DNA of 64,000 nt from Octopus vulgaris (lineage: Eukaryota): contig OX597843.1 of assembly GCA_951406725.2 (NCBI GenBank), positions 1,426,001 through 1,490,000 on the forward strand, read 5' to 3'. The notes under the pieces were generated by a model. It had not been told where the DNA came from. It saw only the letters and a program-made list of their open reading frames with translations, and did not search any database. Made by a program: the position numbers and the translations under genes. Of this stretch, positions 39,396 to 54,910 are shown in pieces (the first letter of the stretch is position 1; each line of letters begins with the position of its first letter).

Positions 39396-40225
39396 ACAGA
39401 TAGATAAATAGATCAGATCAGATCAGATAAATTAGATTAGATGAGATAGACAATATATACACACACATGCTTATATGCTAGTACGTAAAATCTATCTATC
39501 TAGATTATATATATGTATGTATGTATGCGCATGTCTCTACGTATAGAACTTACAAAAGTTTTAACAACACGAAAGTTGCTAAAAGTTTTTCGCTTAACGA
39601 TATATCGTTTCAATTAATTCAATCAACACACAAACAGATCTACTAAAAACAAATAGCATAAAAAGTAATAAAAAACACAAGGAAAAATGTAGACAACAAA
39701 ACACATACGGAAAGGCCACAATCATTAATTAAATTTAAGGATCAAATTAAAACGCAAATTAGAAAAAAGTAAATAAAATCTTTCGATGCAGCAAAAATAA
39801 AAATCTACTTACTATGTCCAACAAAGTTTAAGACGGACAGGAGACAAGAATCAGAGTATAATGCCGTTAGAAGCTGGATACGTATATATGTATATTTTAT
39901 TTAAATTCGGTCCAACAATTAATGATGAAGTTCAATTAGAAAGGCGAGAAGTGGTACTATGTTCTCTGTGTTATTAATGCAAGGTGGTAGTGGCAGTGGT
40001 TGCGGTGGTGGGTTTTGTATCGGAGGGGGACATTGCATCACACAACTAACAAATACCACTCTGGTACTCCCTCTCGTCTTCCTACTGCTCCTCTGTCGCC
40101 ATCTCTCTCTCTCACTCTCTCTCCATCTGTCTAAGCGTATTAATCGTTATTGTCTTCCATCCCTCAGTATGCGTAAGCGTACAATGCTTGTGTATGTGTG
40201 TGCATAATTAATATATATATATATA

Positions 40226-41400
<1,175 letters not shown>

Positions 41401-41417
41401 TAATATAATATAATATA

Positions 41418-41482
<65 letters not shown>

Positions 41483-42384
41483 GCTTGCTAACCAACCACA
41501 TGGTTCCGGGTTCAGTCCCACTGCGTGGCATCTTGGGCAAGTGTCTTCTCTATAGCCCCGGGCCGACCAATGCCTTGTGAGTGGATTTGGTAGACGGAAA
41601 CTGAAAGAAGCCTGTCGTATATATGTATATATATGTGTGTGTCTGTGTTTGTCTGTATATGGTGGTGTGTTTACGTCCCCGTCACTTAGCGGTTCGGCAA
41701 AAGAGACCGATAGAATAAGTACTGGGCTTACAAAGAATAAGCCCCGGGGTCGATTTGCTCGACTAAAGGCGGTGCCCCAGAGCCGCAGTCAAATGACTGA
41801 AACAAGTAAAAGAGTAAAGAGTAAAAGAGTATATATATATATATAAGCTCAAATAAAGGTTACAAACCTCATTAAGGGATAATGAATATACTGGTTTATT
41901 ACCTATTATAAGAAGTATTGAACATTACAATTAATATTCAACGGAGTGGGTGTGTGGTAAGTAGCTTGCTTACCAACCACATGGTTCCAGGTTCAGTCCC
42001 ACTGCATGGTACCTTGGGCAAGTTTCTTCTACTATAGCCTCGGGCCGACCAAAGCCTTGTGAGTGGATTTGGTAGACGGAAACTGAAAGAAGCCCATCAT
42101 ATATATGTATATATACATATATATATATGTGTGTGTGTGTGTCTGTGTTTGTTCCCCCCAACATCGCTTGACATCCGATGTTGGTATGTTTACGTCCGCG
42201 TAACTTAGCGGTTCGCCAAAAGAGACCGATAGAATAAGTACTAGGCTTACAAAGAACAAGTCCTAGGGCCGATTTGTTCGACTAAAAGTGGCGCTCCAGT
42301 ATGGCCGCAGTCAAATGACTGAAACAAATAAAAGAATAAAAGAAAAAAGTATATGTATATGTACGTATACATACATATATATAC

Positions 42385-42545
<161 letters not shown>

Positions 42546-44108
42546 TTGTCGGTCATTTACGTGTTTGTACCGAAAGATCACTTTTATGTGGCTTTCTTGA
42601 ATTAAATCGGCAGCATTTGTGAAGTTTGAAGGAGAGTTGACGATTTGGCTGTTATATCTAGCATGATGGCCGTCCACGTGAGACAGCGCCGTTTGAAACA
42701 CCTGTTGTCTCAGAATGATTATAACTGGCACTCTCTCGCCTACAACAAGAGTTGCAGCTGATTCGATCGACGCAACAGCCTGCTCGTGAAATGAATATGC
42801 TGAGCATTCCACAGACTCGCGACCCCTGAATGCGACAAGGCTGGCCTTTTGGAATACAGGTACTACACATAGGAGCACTCCGTCGGTTACGACGATGAGG
42901 GTCCCAGCTGATACGATCAACGGAACAGCCTGCTCGTGGAATTAACGTGCAAGTGGCTGAGCACTCCACAGACACGTGTACCCTTAACGTAGTTCTCGGG
43001 GAGATTCAGCGTGACACGGAGTGTGACAAGGCCGGCCCTTTGAAATACAGGTACAACAGAAACAGGAAGAAAGGGTGAGAGAAAGTTGTGGTGAAAGAGT
43101 ACAGCAGGGTTCACCACCATCCCCTGCCGGAGCCTTGTGAAGCTTTAGGTGTTTTCGCTCAATAAACACTCACAATGCCCGGTCTGGGAATCGAAACCGC
43201 GATCCTAGGACCGCGAGTCCGCTGCCCTAACCACTGGGCCATTGCGCCTCCACCCTTTGAAATACAGGTACAACAGAAACAGGAAGAAAGAGTGAGAGAA
43301 AGTTGTGGTGAAAGAGTACAGCAGGGTTCACCACCATCCCCTGCCGGAGCCTCGTGGAGCTTTTAGGTGTTTTTGCTCAATAAACATTCACAATGCCCGG
43401 TCTGGTAATCGAAACCGCGATCCTACGACCACTCGGCCATTGCGCCTCCACACTACACATATTTGCCATGGGATTAGTCGATTACATAGACTCCAGTGCT
43501 CAACCAGTCCTTATTTTAACGACCCCAAAAGGATGAAAGGCACAGTCGACCCCAGCGGAACAACAACAATAGTCACATCATCTACAACAAACGATAAGAC
43601 TGCTTAAGGGCAGGTGTCAGCAAAGCGGTCAGTATTGATCCCTGGAAGAAGGGGATTATGTGTCAAACACCTGTAACGATCGACGACCTTTTAAATTCCT
43701 TCCAACGGTCAGAATTTTTCACGAATGTAGCTCTGTACACTGATGGCAAAAACTGCATTCGTTTCCTCAAGAAATTCTACAAACGGGAATGCATACGATT
43801 ATAATAATAATTAGGGGTGGTTAAGTTGTAGAGCAGGGTTCAGCAAAGAGGTGAATATTGTCCCCCTCCCCTGGCGGTGGTGGTGGTCTATGTGACCATC
43901 TTAGGGAGTCGGTAAACACCTGAAAAAATGCTTTAATGGTGTAGCTGTGCGATAAGAAATTTGCTTCACAACCACGCGGTCCCGGGTTCAGTCCCATTGT
44001 GTGGCACCTTGGGCTAGTGTCCTTTTCTATAGCTGGTGGTAGACCAAAGCCTAGTGAATAGATTTCATTGGTGAAAACTGAAAGAAGTCTGTCTTGTGTG
44101 TGTGTATA

Positions 44109-44172
<64 letters not shown>

Positions 44173-44364
44173 ATATGTTCTTTTGTTTGTTTCAGTCATT
44201 TGACTGCGGCCATACCGAAGCACCGCCTTTAGTCGAACAAATCGACCCCAAGACTTATTCTTTGTAAGCTTAGTACTTATTCTATCGGGCTCTTTTGCTG
44301 AACCGCTAAGTTACGGGGACGTAAACACACCAGCATCGGTTGTCAAGCAATGGGCGGGGGACAA

Positions 44365-44438
<74 letters not shown>

Positions 44439-44929
44439 TGCCCCAGCATGGCCACAGCTCATAAGCTGAAACTAGAATCAATCAATCAATCAATCATATA
44501 TGTATGTATGTATGTATATATACGACGGGCTTCTTTCAGACAAGGCTATAGTAGAAGACACTTCCCTAAGGTGCCACGCAGTGGGACCGAACCATGTGTT
44601 TGGTAATCAAGCTACTTACCACACAGCCACTCCTGCGCCTATGTATGTATTATATTTATATATATATATGTATGTATGTATTATTATATGTATAAGGTGT
44701 GTTATGAGAATTTATGGAACAAATATGCCATAGAAACTCAACAAACTGTTAAAAGTTGATTGTTGAGTTTCTGTGACATTTGTTCCATAAATTCTCACAA
44801 CACACCTTAGACTTTGTAACATTTCCATATTCGCAAAATTCTTACGCCAGTAAGCTACCAACGGAATGTGAAGAATCTTTATTAGAGATTGTCCTTTCGA
44901 ACACTCAAAAGTAAAGGATAATATAGAAC

Positions 44930-44968
<39 letters not shown>

Positions 44969-44985
44969 ATGTATGTATGTATGTA

Positions 44986-45048
<63 letters not shown>

Positions 45049-47842
45049 AAAGTAAAAAAATATACAAACGGGACAAGAACGTGAAACATTTAGAAGACGA
45101 CACAAAAAACACGGACGGGACATTCGAAGCCCTCAATCATCAGTCAAGAACCGGATCATCTTCGCAATTTCGGCTGATTTAGCTAATTTTTGAATTTTAC
45201 TATTTAAAATTCGGACAGTCCGAATTTTAGTTTTAAATCCCACCAACAGACCATTAAATGTTTTTATAGGGAGAAAGATATTGGAAAACATCAATATGTC
45301 AGAGTGACAAATAAACGAAGAGGGCATGAGGTGGTTATGAGATGTGCTTGAAATAACAGCTAAATATCCCTTAAATCGTGCACTTAAATTTGTTTTTGTT
45401 TTTGCATAATCGCATTAATTCCCGTGTATATAACACAAATCCACAAAAAGTTTCTGAAAATTCCCAAAAATGAAAAAGTTACGAGGGGTTAAAGCAGAAT
45501 CCCGCCACATAGTCAAGTATGTGTCTGTCCCTGTAATTTAGTGATGCGGCAAAAGGGATTGATAGCAGTCGCGGTCCCATGAATTTTTCAAAGGGAGGAC
45601 ACAGGTCAGAAGGGAATACAATTCCAGGAGAGAAGGGCGCCCATTTCTTGAGGGGAGCACGTAACCTTCAATACCCTACGCTCGGGTCCGTCCCTGGATA
45701 GAATAAGTACCTATTTCTTTATTACCCACAAGGGGCTAAACACAGAGGGGACAAACAAGGACAGACACAGGTATCAAGTCGATTACATCGACCCCAGTGC
45801 GTAACTGGTACTTAATTTATCGACCCCGAAAGGATGAAAGGCAAAGTCGACCTCGGCGGAATTTGAACTTAGAACGTAAAGACAGACCAAATACCTATTT
45901 CTTTACTACCCACAAGGGGCTAAACATAGAGGGGACAAACAAGGACAGACATAGGTATTAAGTCGATTACATCGACCCCCAGTGCGTAACTGGTACTTAA
46001 TTTATCGACCTCGAAAGGATGAAAGGCAAAGTCGTCCTCGGCGGAATTTGAACTCAGAACGTAACGACAGACGAAATACGACTACGTATTTCGTCCGGCG
46101 TGCTAACGTTTCTGCCAGCTCGCCGCCTAAATATACCTAAATATATATGGATAGAATAAGTACCAGACTTTAAAAGTACTGGGGTCGAATTGTTCGAGGA
46201 AACCCTTCAAGGCAGAGCCCAAGCATTTCTCCAGCCAAATGACTGAAACTTGTAAAGAAAAATATAAGATATTAAATTAAATAAAACATTAGAAATTTAC
46301 ACGGTGGTGGTGGTGATGGTGAGGTCGATAAATTACGAACCATCCCACAAAAGGGACATTCGCTGACCCCTGTTTTAAAATGTTATGTCATCAACAGACA
46401 TATCAACACAAACAACAGACATATCAACGCAAATGTGACCCCCTCCTCCCTTCGACTTCGTCTCCTCATAAACTTTCAGAAAAAAAGTTTGTCTTTTGAT
46501 GAAATTTGTTTACGATTGTTATTCAGATGTAGTTTACGATTATATCGGAATTCAATGTGAAAAAGAAAATCGCTGGGAGTGAATAATAAACACGACACGA
46601 CATTAAGGCTTTGTCCACCTCGGCAATAATAAAGTGAAGGCCATCGTCCTCAATAATTACTATAATATCAGACAAGAATAGTGTTCAAGTTATTTATCTA
46701 CCTCGGCAATATTAATGATGAATTTCTTTTATTGGCCACAGGAGCATAGATGAGAAGGGACATCAAAAGACAACGTAAGGATACTCACCGAAGTATAAAT
46801 ATCAACAACCACTGGCTTCGAAAAAGTTTTCTCCCATGCAGAGAAGGCAGAAAGAGGAAAGAGGGAGATGGTATGAGATTGAGAGAGTTACAATGAGAAT
46901 AATAGAGAGAGGGAGTGAGAGCAACATAGTAAGGGAAAGAGAGAGGAAGAGTGGGGAGAAATAAAGTAAGGACGATAGAGTAAGAGAGAAGAAGACAGAG
47001 GAAGAGGGATATGGTATGAGATTGAGAGAGTTACAATGAGAATAATAGAGAGAGGGAGTGAGAGCTGGAGAGCGAAAGAGAGAGTCACAGAGTAAAAATG
47101 GAAAAGAGAGGAAGAATTAGTAAGAGAGGGATTAAGAGAGGGTGAGAGCAACATAGTAAGGGAAAGAGAGAGTAAGAGTGGGGAGAAATACTGTAAGGAC
47201 GATAGAGTAAGAGAGGGGAAGACAGAGTAATAAAGTAAGGAAGAGAGGGGAAAGAAAAATAGAGTGACAGAAAATAAGAGAGGGGAAGAGTAACAGATTA
47301 AGAAAGAAAGAGTAGGAGAGAGGAAGAGAGGGGAAAAGAAAACGAGAGTAAAAGAAAATAAGAGAGGGGGACAATAACAGTAAGAAAGAGACAGAGTAGG
47401 AGGGGAAGGAGAAAACTAAAAAGAGAGAGAGAGAGGAAGTCAGAGAGAATAACCAAAGAAAATAGAGAGTAAAAGAGAGAGTGAAGGAAAGAAAGTAACA
47501 GATATAGAGAGAAAGACAGAAAGTAAGAAAGATAGAAACAGTAATAAACTAAGAGAAAGTGAAATGGATAAAGAAAGGGTAAAAGAAGAATGGGAGAGAA
47601 GGGGAAAAGGAAGGAGGTCACATGACCAAAAGTTTATTATCGACAAAACTTTAGTAGAGATGGGAAGTAAGAACGAGGGAGTGGTAGTAGTGATAGTAGG
47701 AGTAGATCGTTATAGTGGAGGAGTAGAAGGAGGTTAAAAAGCAGTGAAGGAGAGTAGGAGGAGGGAAATGAGAAAACAGACGATAGAGACAAGGAGAGAC
47801 TAAGGAAACAACTAGAGGAGGAGGAGGAGGAGGAGGAGGCGT

Positions 47843-48493
47843 GGTACATAAATTATTGCGGCTTTTTTTTTTTCAATAAATTTTATCCAACAAACGCCGA
47901 GCAGAAACTGAAGTGGATGGTGACTATGATCCGGAATAATAATTTAAAGTTGTTGGATCTTTTCGGTTTGAACGGCAGTTTTTTCTAGCGGTGTCATATG
48001 AAATTGTCACCCATAATTATGACCCTAGTATCGATCTATTGCATTTCAATCTATTTTAGAGTTAGGGTTAGGAGTGGGAAGAAGGGTATCTTTGTTCACA
48101 AATGCAAATAAACCCAATCTGTTTCTTAAACGAGGGACATATTCATACGGCACAGAATGTTTTTCACCTCAATAGATGTCATTGATTGGTTGAAATTGAA
48201 GAAATTGAAGAAAAAAAGCAACATATATCTTACAAACCATAGAATTTTCTCAATAAAGCCGAGAGAAAAAGATGTTTTATAAACACATTCTACCAGAATA
48301 CGAAGTTTAAAAGTGTTTAGTTACTCTTTTACAGTCATTTGACTGTGGCCATGCTGGAGCACCGCCTTTAGTCGAGCACATCGACCCCAGGATTATTCTT
48401 TGTAAGCCTAGTACTTATTCTATCGGTCTCTTTTGCCGAACCGCTAAGTTATGGGGACGTAAACACACCAGCATCAGTTGTCAAGCGATGTTG

Positions 48494-48537
<44 letters not shown>

Positions 48538-48905
48538 CGACGGGCTTCTTTCAGTTTCCGTCTATCAAATCCACTCACAAGGCTTTGGTCGGCCCGAGGC
48601 TATAGTAGAAGACACTTGCCCAAGGTGCCACGCAGTGGGACTGAACCCGGAACCATGTGGTTCGTAAGCAAACTACTTACCACACAGCCACTCCTGCGCC
48701 TAATAACATGGAAATTATTAAAAAAATCTGCCGGTCAAACCGAAAAGATCCAATTTAAACAAAACGCCGAGCACAAATTGAAGTAGATGGTGAATATGCT
48801 CCGGAATAATCATTTAAAGTTGTTTTTTTGTTAAATGTTGTTATTGATTTTGTTGAATAAAATTTGTTGAAAAAAAAGCCGCAATAATTATGCACCAAAC
48901 TAATA
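47843..48905. mobile_element. mariner-like MITE carrying a nested GG-TIR MITE and SINE
   Basis: Inverted termini TGGTACATAAATTATTGCGGCTTTTT / AAAAAGCCGCAATAATTATGCACCAAACTAATA resemble Hsmar1-type TIRs (TTAGGTTGGTGCAAAAGTAATTGCGG). Confidence 0.7.
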
Positions 48906-49527
48906 GAAGAAAGATGAGGGTGGAGTTAGAAAGAGGACAAGTGAGAAGAAGGAGGAGGAGGAGGAGGAGAAGCAAATGTAGAAATCGTAAAGAAGGCGGA
49001 GAGGAAGAGGTAAAGTAAATGGAAGAAGGAGGAGGAGGAGGTGTAAAGGAGAGGTGTAAGTTTTAGAGGAGGCGAAGTAGTGAAAGAAAGGAGAAACATA
49101 GGTAGTGTGTGACGGTGGAGGAGGAGGAGGTGGAGTAGTGAAAGAGAGGAGAGACAAGGGTGGTGTGTGAAGGGTTTAGGATGAGGAGAAGTTGTGAAAG
49201 ATGGTGAAACAGGTGAAGAAAGTAATAGAAGTCGAGATGAGGGCGGAGGAAGTGTAAGGAGGTAGGAGGAGGTGGGCGAAGTAAAGAAAGGTGTTGAGAG
49301 AGAGTGAGAGCATGAGAGTGTTAAGAGGGAGGGGAAGAGTAGTGAATAAAGTGAGATGTGGGTGGTGGTGGTGGGAAGTTAAGTAGGTCATGTGATCGCT
49401 CTGGCATTTCTTGCTGGACAACAATCATCACCACACCCAACCATCACTACCATAACAACCATCAACACAACCTCCACCACCACCACCACCACCACAACCG
49501 CCGACATCACCACCACCACCACCGCCA

Positions 49528-50012
49528 TCAATCATGCATTATCTCATAGCTTTGAGATTTCAATGATGTGATTGTTTATTTTTAGAATAACATTGTAGGG
49601 TAGGTGTGAGAGGCAGGATCTGGCCTTGTTTTGAATTAATCCTGCATTATCTCATAGCTTTGAGATTTCAATGATGTGATTGTTTATTTTTAGAATAACA
49701 TTGTAGGGTAGGTGTGAGAGGCAGGATCTGGCCTTGTTTTGAATTAATCATGCATTATCTCATAGCTTTGAGATTTCAAAGATGTGATTGTTTATTTTTA
49801 GAATGATATTGTAGGGTAGGTGTGAGAGGCTGGATCTGGCCTTGTTTTGAATTAATCCTGCATTATCTCATAGCTTTGAGATTTCACTGATGTGATTCTT
49901 TATTTTTAGAATGATATTGTAGGGTAGGTGTGAGAGGCTGGATTTGGTCAGTTTTAACATAAAACAGGTTGAATATTTGGACCAGATGCTGTATTAAATG
50001 CTAAAGGGTTAA
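49528..50012 (+). repeat. Same 108-bp satellite (about 4 copies) ending in a MITE terminus AAATGCTAAAGGG-TTAA
   Basis: Direct sequence identity with the other arrays; terminus seen at about 49996-50012. Confidence 0.9.
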
Positions 50013-50140
50013 ATTTTGGCTCAAGGCCAGAAGGACAAAGTCTATTACATCAGCCCCAGTGTTCAACTGGTATCTATTTTATCAACATTATTTACGTTGG
50101 ATATATAGGTGTCCTCACCTTGTTTGTTGTTACCACAATG

Positions 50141-50557
50141 GGATCTTTTCAGCTTGAACGGCAGTTTTTAACATAATTTCTAGGTAACTAAAAAATTTTA
50201 AACTTCGTATACTGGTAGAATGTGTTTATAAAATATATTTTTCTCTTGGCTTTATTGAGAAAATTCTATAGTTTCTAATATATTTGTTGTTTTTCTTCAA
50301 TTTCAATTTCAACCAATCAATGACGTCTATTGAGGTAAACAACACTCTGTGCCATATGAATATGTCCTTCGTTTAAGAAACAGACTGGGTTTATTTACAT
50401 TTGTGAAGAAAAAAAGATACCCTTCCCCACACCCCTAACCTTAAACCTAACCCGAAAACAGATTGAAATGCAATAGATCGATACTAAGGTCATAATTATG
50501 GGTGACAATTTCATATGACACCGCTGGGAAAAACTACCGTTCAAACCGAAAAGATCC
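50141..50557 (-). mobile_element. GG-TIR MITE copy
   Basis: Both TIRs present with the shared internal sequence. Confidence 0.8.
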
Positions 50558-50859
50558 CTGTTTTGTTTTGGTTTTTACAATCGTATGAATTCCCGTGTGT
50601 AGAACACAAATTTGCAAAAATTGTCTGAAAATTCAAAAATGTTTGTAAATTTTATATCCTAAAATTTCTAGTCTTTTTCGTTTTTTTTTTTTTTAATCAG
50701 AGATGAAAATATGGACAGTAAGAATATTTTGCTTAAATTACATACACCAAAATTTTTTATTTTATTCAGAATTTTATGAATTCTCGTGTGAAGAACACAA
50801 ATTCGCAAATACATTCCCAAAATTCCAAACAATAAATTCTGAGGGGGTGCTTAAAGCAG

Positions 50860-51005
50860 AAATCCTGCGGACGAAATTTAAACAAGATCCAGTTTTTACA
50901 GTCAACCTATTACAATTCCTAATTTTACATACAACATCCGATATCAGACAAAAACTTCCGCTTTGACATGGACTCTGGCTCTTAATTGACACGTGCGTTA
51001 TCATC
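50860..51005 (+). promoter_or_regulatory. Putative RBM19 core promoter / 5'UTR
   Basis: Unique sequence directly upstream of the ATG with an ETS-like ACTTCCG and an E-box CACGTG. Inferred from position. Confidence 0.4.
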
Positions 51006-51041
51006 ATGTCCCGTTTAATTGTTAAAAACCTCCCAAAAAAT
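51006..51041 (+). CDS. RBM19: RBM19 exon 1 (MSRLIVKNLPKN)
   Basis: ATG at 51006, donor GTAAGT at 51042. Confidence 0.92.
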
Positions 51042-51722
51042 GTAAGTTATTTCTAAATTTACTCAAATATCGGACTACAATGTATAATGGTTTGTTCCCT
51101 GTAATATTTCTCGTAATTATTGAGTAAAATAATTCGATATTACTACTGTTTACGGTTTGGGGTTCAAAATCCGTCAGAATCGGTGTTGATTTTTGTTTTT
51201 CCAAGGGGGGCATACCTTCAATTTAGTGTCCCAACTACTTTCGTTAAAAGTCTATGACGTCATAAGTGTGTGTGTGTGTGTGTGTAACATTGTCTTTTGT
51301 TTGCTCGACAGAACTGAACAGTCAAGCACACTCGTCCACGAGTACTAATAATACTCTTTTACTTGTTTCAGTCATTTTACTGTGGCCATGCTGGAGCACC
51401 GCCTTTAGTCGAGCAAATCGACCCCAGGACTTATTCTTTGTAAGCCTAATACTTATTCTATCGGTGTCTTTTGCCGAACCGCTAAGTGACGGGGACATAA
51501 CACACCAGCATCAAGTTGGGGGTTCAAACACAAACACATAAACACTCACACATACATATATACGACAGGCTTCTTTCAGTTTCCGTCTACCAAATCCACT
51601 CACAAGGCTTTGGTCGTCCCGAGGCTATAGTAGAAGACACTTGCCCAAGGTGCCACTCAATGGGACTGAACCCGGAAGCATGTGGTTGCTAAGCAAGCTA
51701 CTTACCACACAGCCACTCCTGC

Positions 51723-51773
<51 letters not shown>

Positions 51774-53566
51774 TACATATATACGATGGGCTTCTTTCAG
51801 TTTCCGTCTACCAAATCCACTCACAAGTCTTTGGTCGGCCTGAGGCTATAGTAGAAGACACTTGCCCAAGTGCCACTCAGTGGGACTGAACCCGGAACCA
51901 AGTGGTTGGTAAGCAAGCTACTTACCACACAGCCACTCCTGCACCTAAATAATTCCCAAATTTATTTCATGCTCTTTCTTTCACTTGCTCTACTATACTG
52001 TTATTGTTTAGTCCTGTTGCTATTCTGATGATCAAAGTTCTTCCAACTTTGATAGTCACGTCCTTTATTCAGACTTAGTGTATCTTGGAATACATTATCA
52101 TTGTTGATTAGCCTCTAGTAGACCTATGATCAAAAATGTTCCAGATCTAACCATCATGTCTATTATTCAAATATAGTGTGTGTGTGCATATATATATATA
52201 TACTTTATTTAAAGCAGCAGAAAATTCAACAAAACCTGTTACTCTGAGTTTCCCGTTGCCGTTCATCGGACAGTTTTTGCTTTTTTCCACCTTGTTTCAC
52301 ATTTATGTGTTTACTCCGGTATATATATATATACATACATATATGGTTGGTTGGTTGGTTGGCATCCTTTTTGTCTCGGGAGACAATGGAGTTGCGCATA
52401 AAATAGTCTAGTCCGGATTTTACATTTCATGTCCTGATACATTTCCTGCTGTGGCTGTGTACTCCTATCCTGGACAAACACTCCCTCTGGCAGGTACTGC
52501 AAATGTAGTGAAGACTTCCTGGCTGGTTGTAATGTCATAGTTTCTTGTTGAAGTCTTTTCTTGTCTTTCCATTTCTCCTCTCTCTGTCACTCCTTTGTAT
52601 TCCCTCTTTTACGGTACATCGCCAATCTCCACGGTTGCTGGCAACTGCTTCCCAATTGCTAATATTGATGTTGCAGGCCTTCATATCCCTTTTGCAAACA
52701 TCCTTGTAACGTAAGAACGGTCTTCCCACAGACCTAGTACCCCTAGCAAGCTCTCCGTAGAGTATGTCCTTGGGAATTCTGCCATCTTTCATACGGCTAA
52801 CATGCCTAAGCCATCTCATACGTCTTTGTGTGAGGAGTGCAAACATGCTTGGTATTCCTGCTTGCCTGAGGACATCTTTGTTGGGGATATGATTCTGCCA
52901 TTTGATGCGGAGGATTTTCCGGAGGCAGCGCAGGTGAAAGATGTTTAGGCGACATATCTATTTATATATACATATATATATATATTTGAGTAATTTAATG
53001 AATTATCTTATTAAGGATAATTCGAAAGATAACCGATACCTGGGTAGCAAATTCACATCAGAAAGAACACGGTTGAAGCTACGTCCCTAGGGCATAGACT
53101 ACGTGTCTTCATGCGGGAAATTTGTATGTTTATTTTAAAATTATAAGTATATGAAAGAATGGAGTTGAACGACTAGTTAACAAATATCCTTTATTCTCAA
53201 CATATGTTTCGAAGGCTGCATATTCCTAATTCCGAAGGAATAAGGAGTACATTATGCAGATTTCTCATCAGGAAAATCAAGGAACTTATGTCGACATCAA
53301 AATGCACAAAAACCTTTAGCTGACCACTCTCAAGGAGCCCATGGTGATAATGGCTCATTATCGCCATGGGCTCCTTGAGAGTGGTCAACTAAAGGTTTTT
53401 GTGCATTTTGATGTCGACATAAGTTCCTTGATTTTCCTGATGAAAATCTGCATAATGTACTCCTTATTCCTTCGGAATTAGGAATATGCAGCCTTCGAAA
53501 CATATGTTGAGAATAAAGGATATTTGTTAACTAGTCGTTCAACTCCATTCTTTCATATACTTATAA

Positions 53567-53610
<44 letters not shown>

Positions 53611-54874
53611 TGCAACAGGATTCTTTCCGTTTCTGTCTACCGAATCTACTCACATGGCTTTGGTCAGCTCAAGACTATAGTAGAAGACTCTTGCATAAAG
53701 TGCTATACAATGGATTGAACCAGGAGCCATGTGGTTGGGAAGCAAGCTTCTTACCACGCAGTCAACTTTACCTTTTTTTTAAATCATTCTTAATTTCTGT
53801 TTATTCCAGATGACCCAGGAGCGTTTACAGGAAATATTCGGGGTCAAAGGTCACATAACCAACTGTAACCTCAAATACACCAAAGATGGTATTTTCCGCA
53901 AGTTTGCGTTTATTGGATACCAAAAGGCTGAAGATTGTACAGAAGCCATAAAATATTTCAATAAAACTTTCGTTGATACCTCCAAGATACAGGTAAGAGG
54001 AAAATATCAAAAGGTAGTTGAGCTACAGAGGCATTGATTTGGATAAATTGGTGTGGCTGTTTGGATGCAGGTGGTGCTGGTGATTGGTCATGGCTGGTTA
54101 TACATTCAGACATTCAAGCTGTCTTGGTGACAGTATATTTTTGGCACTGGAGTCAAACCATCCAACCCAAGCCATCATGGTAAGCAGACGTTCAGTGGTG
54201 ATGATGAAGATATATATATATATACATTGCTTATATGTGAAACATGTATATAAATATATATTGTACCTGTATTTCAAAGGGGTCAGTCTTGTCATATTCT
54301 GTGTCATGTTGAATCTCCCTGAGAACTACATTAAGGGCACATGTATGTGGAGTGCTCAGTGGTCAGTCAGACTCCTGTATTTGTTTATCTTCATCTCCTC
54401 TTCATTATGGGTAGCGATGCCTGGGTGTGTGGCTGATGCAGCGAGGCTGGGGAATGTGTCTATGACCATGTTACTTTCCCTCAGTGGAGTATTGAAAGAT
54501 GAAGATCTGTTTGCGACAGTGAAAAAGGGCATGTTTATATCTGTAACAACTTCCATTTTCCAGGTAGAGCCTGCTTACGACCTAGGGGATGCAAACAAGC
54601 CAAGATCCTGGAGTAAGTACTCTGCAGAAAGTTCCAATTATATTTACAAGGAAAAGAGCAAACCTAAATCGGATCCTGAAAAAAATGAAACCGACAGCAA
54701 AAACAAGGTACTTACACCTGTGTTTGCATGTGTCTGTGTGTATCTCTCTATATCTCTCTCTCTCTCCATCTATCTATCTATCTCTGTCTTTCTATCTATC
54801 TCTCTACCTATCTATCTCTATCTGTCTTTCTATCTATCTCTATCTGTCTATCTATCTACCTCTATCTACCTATC

Positions 54875-54910
<36 letters not shown>

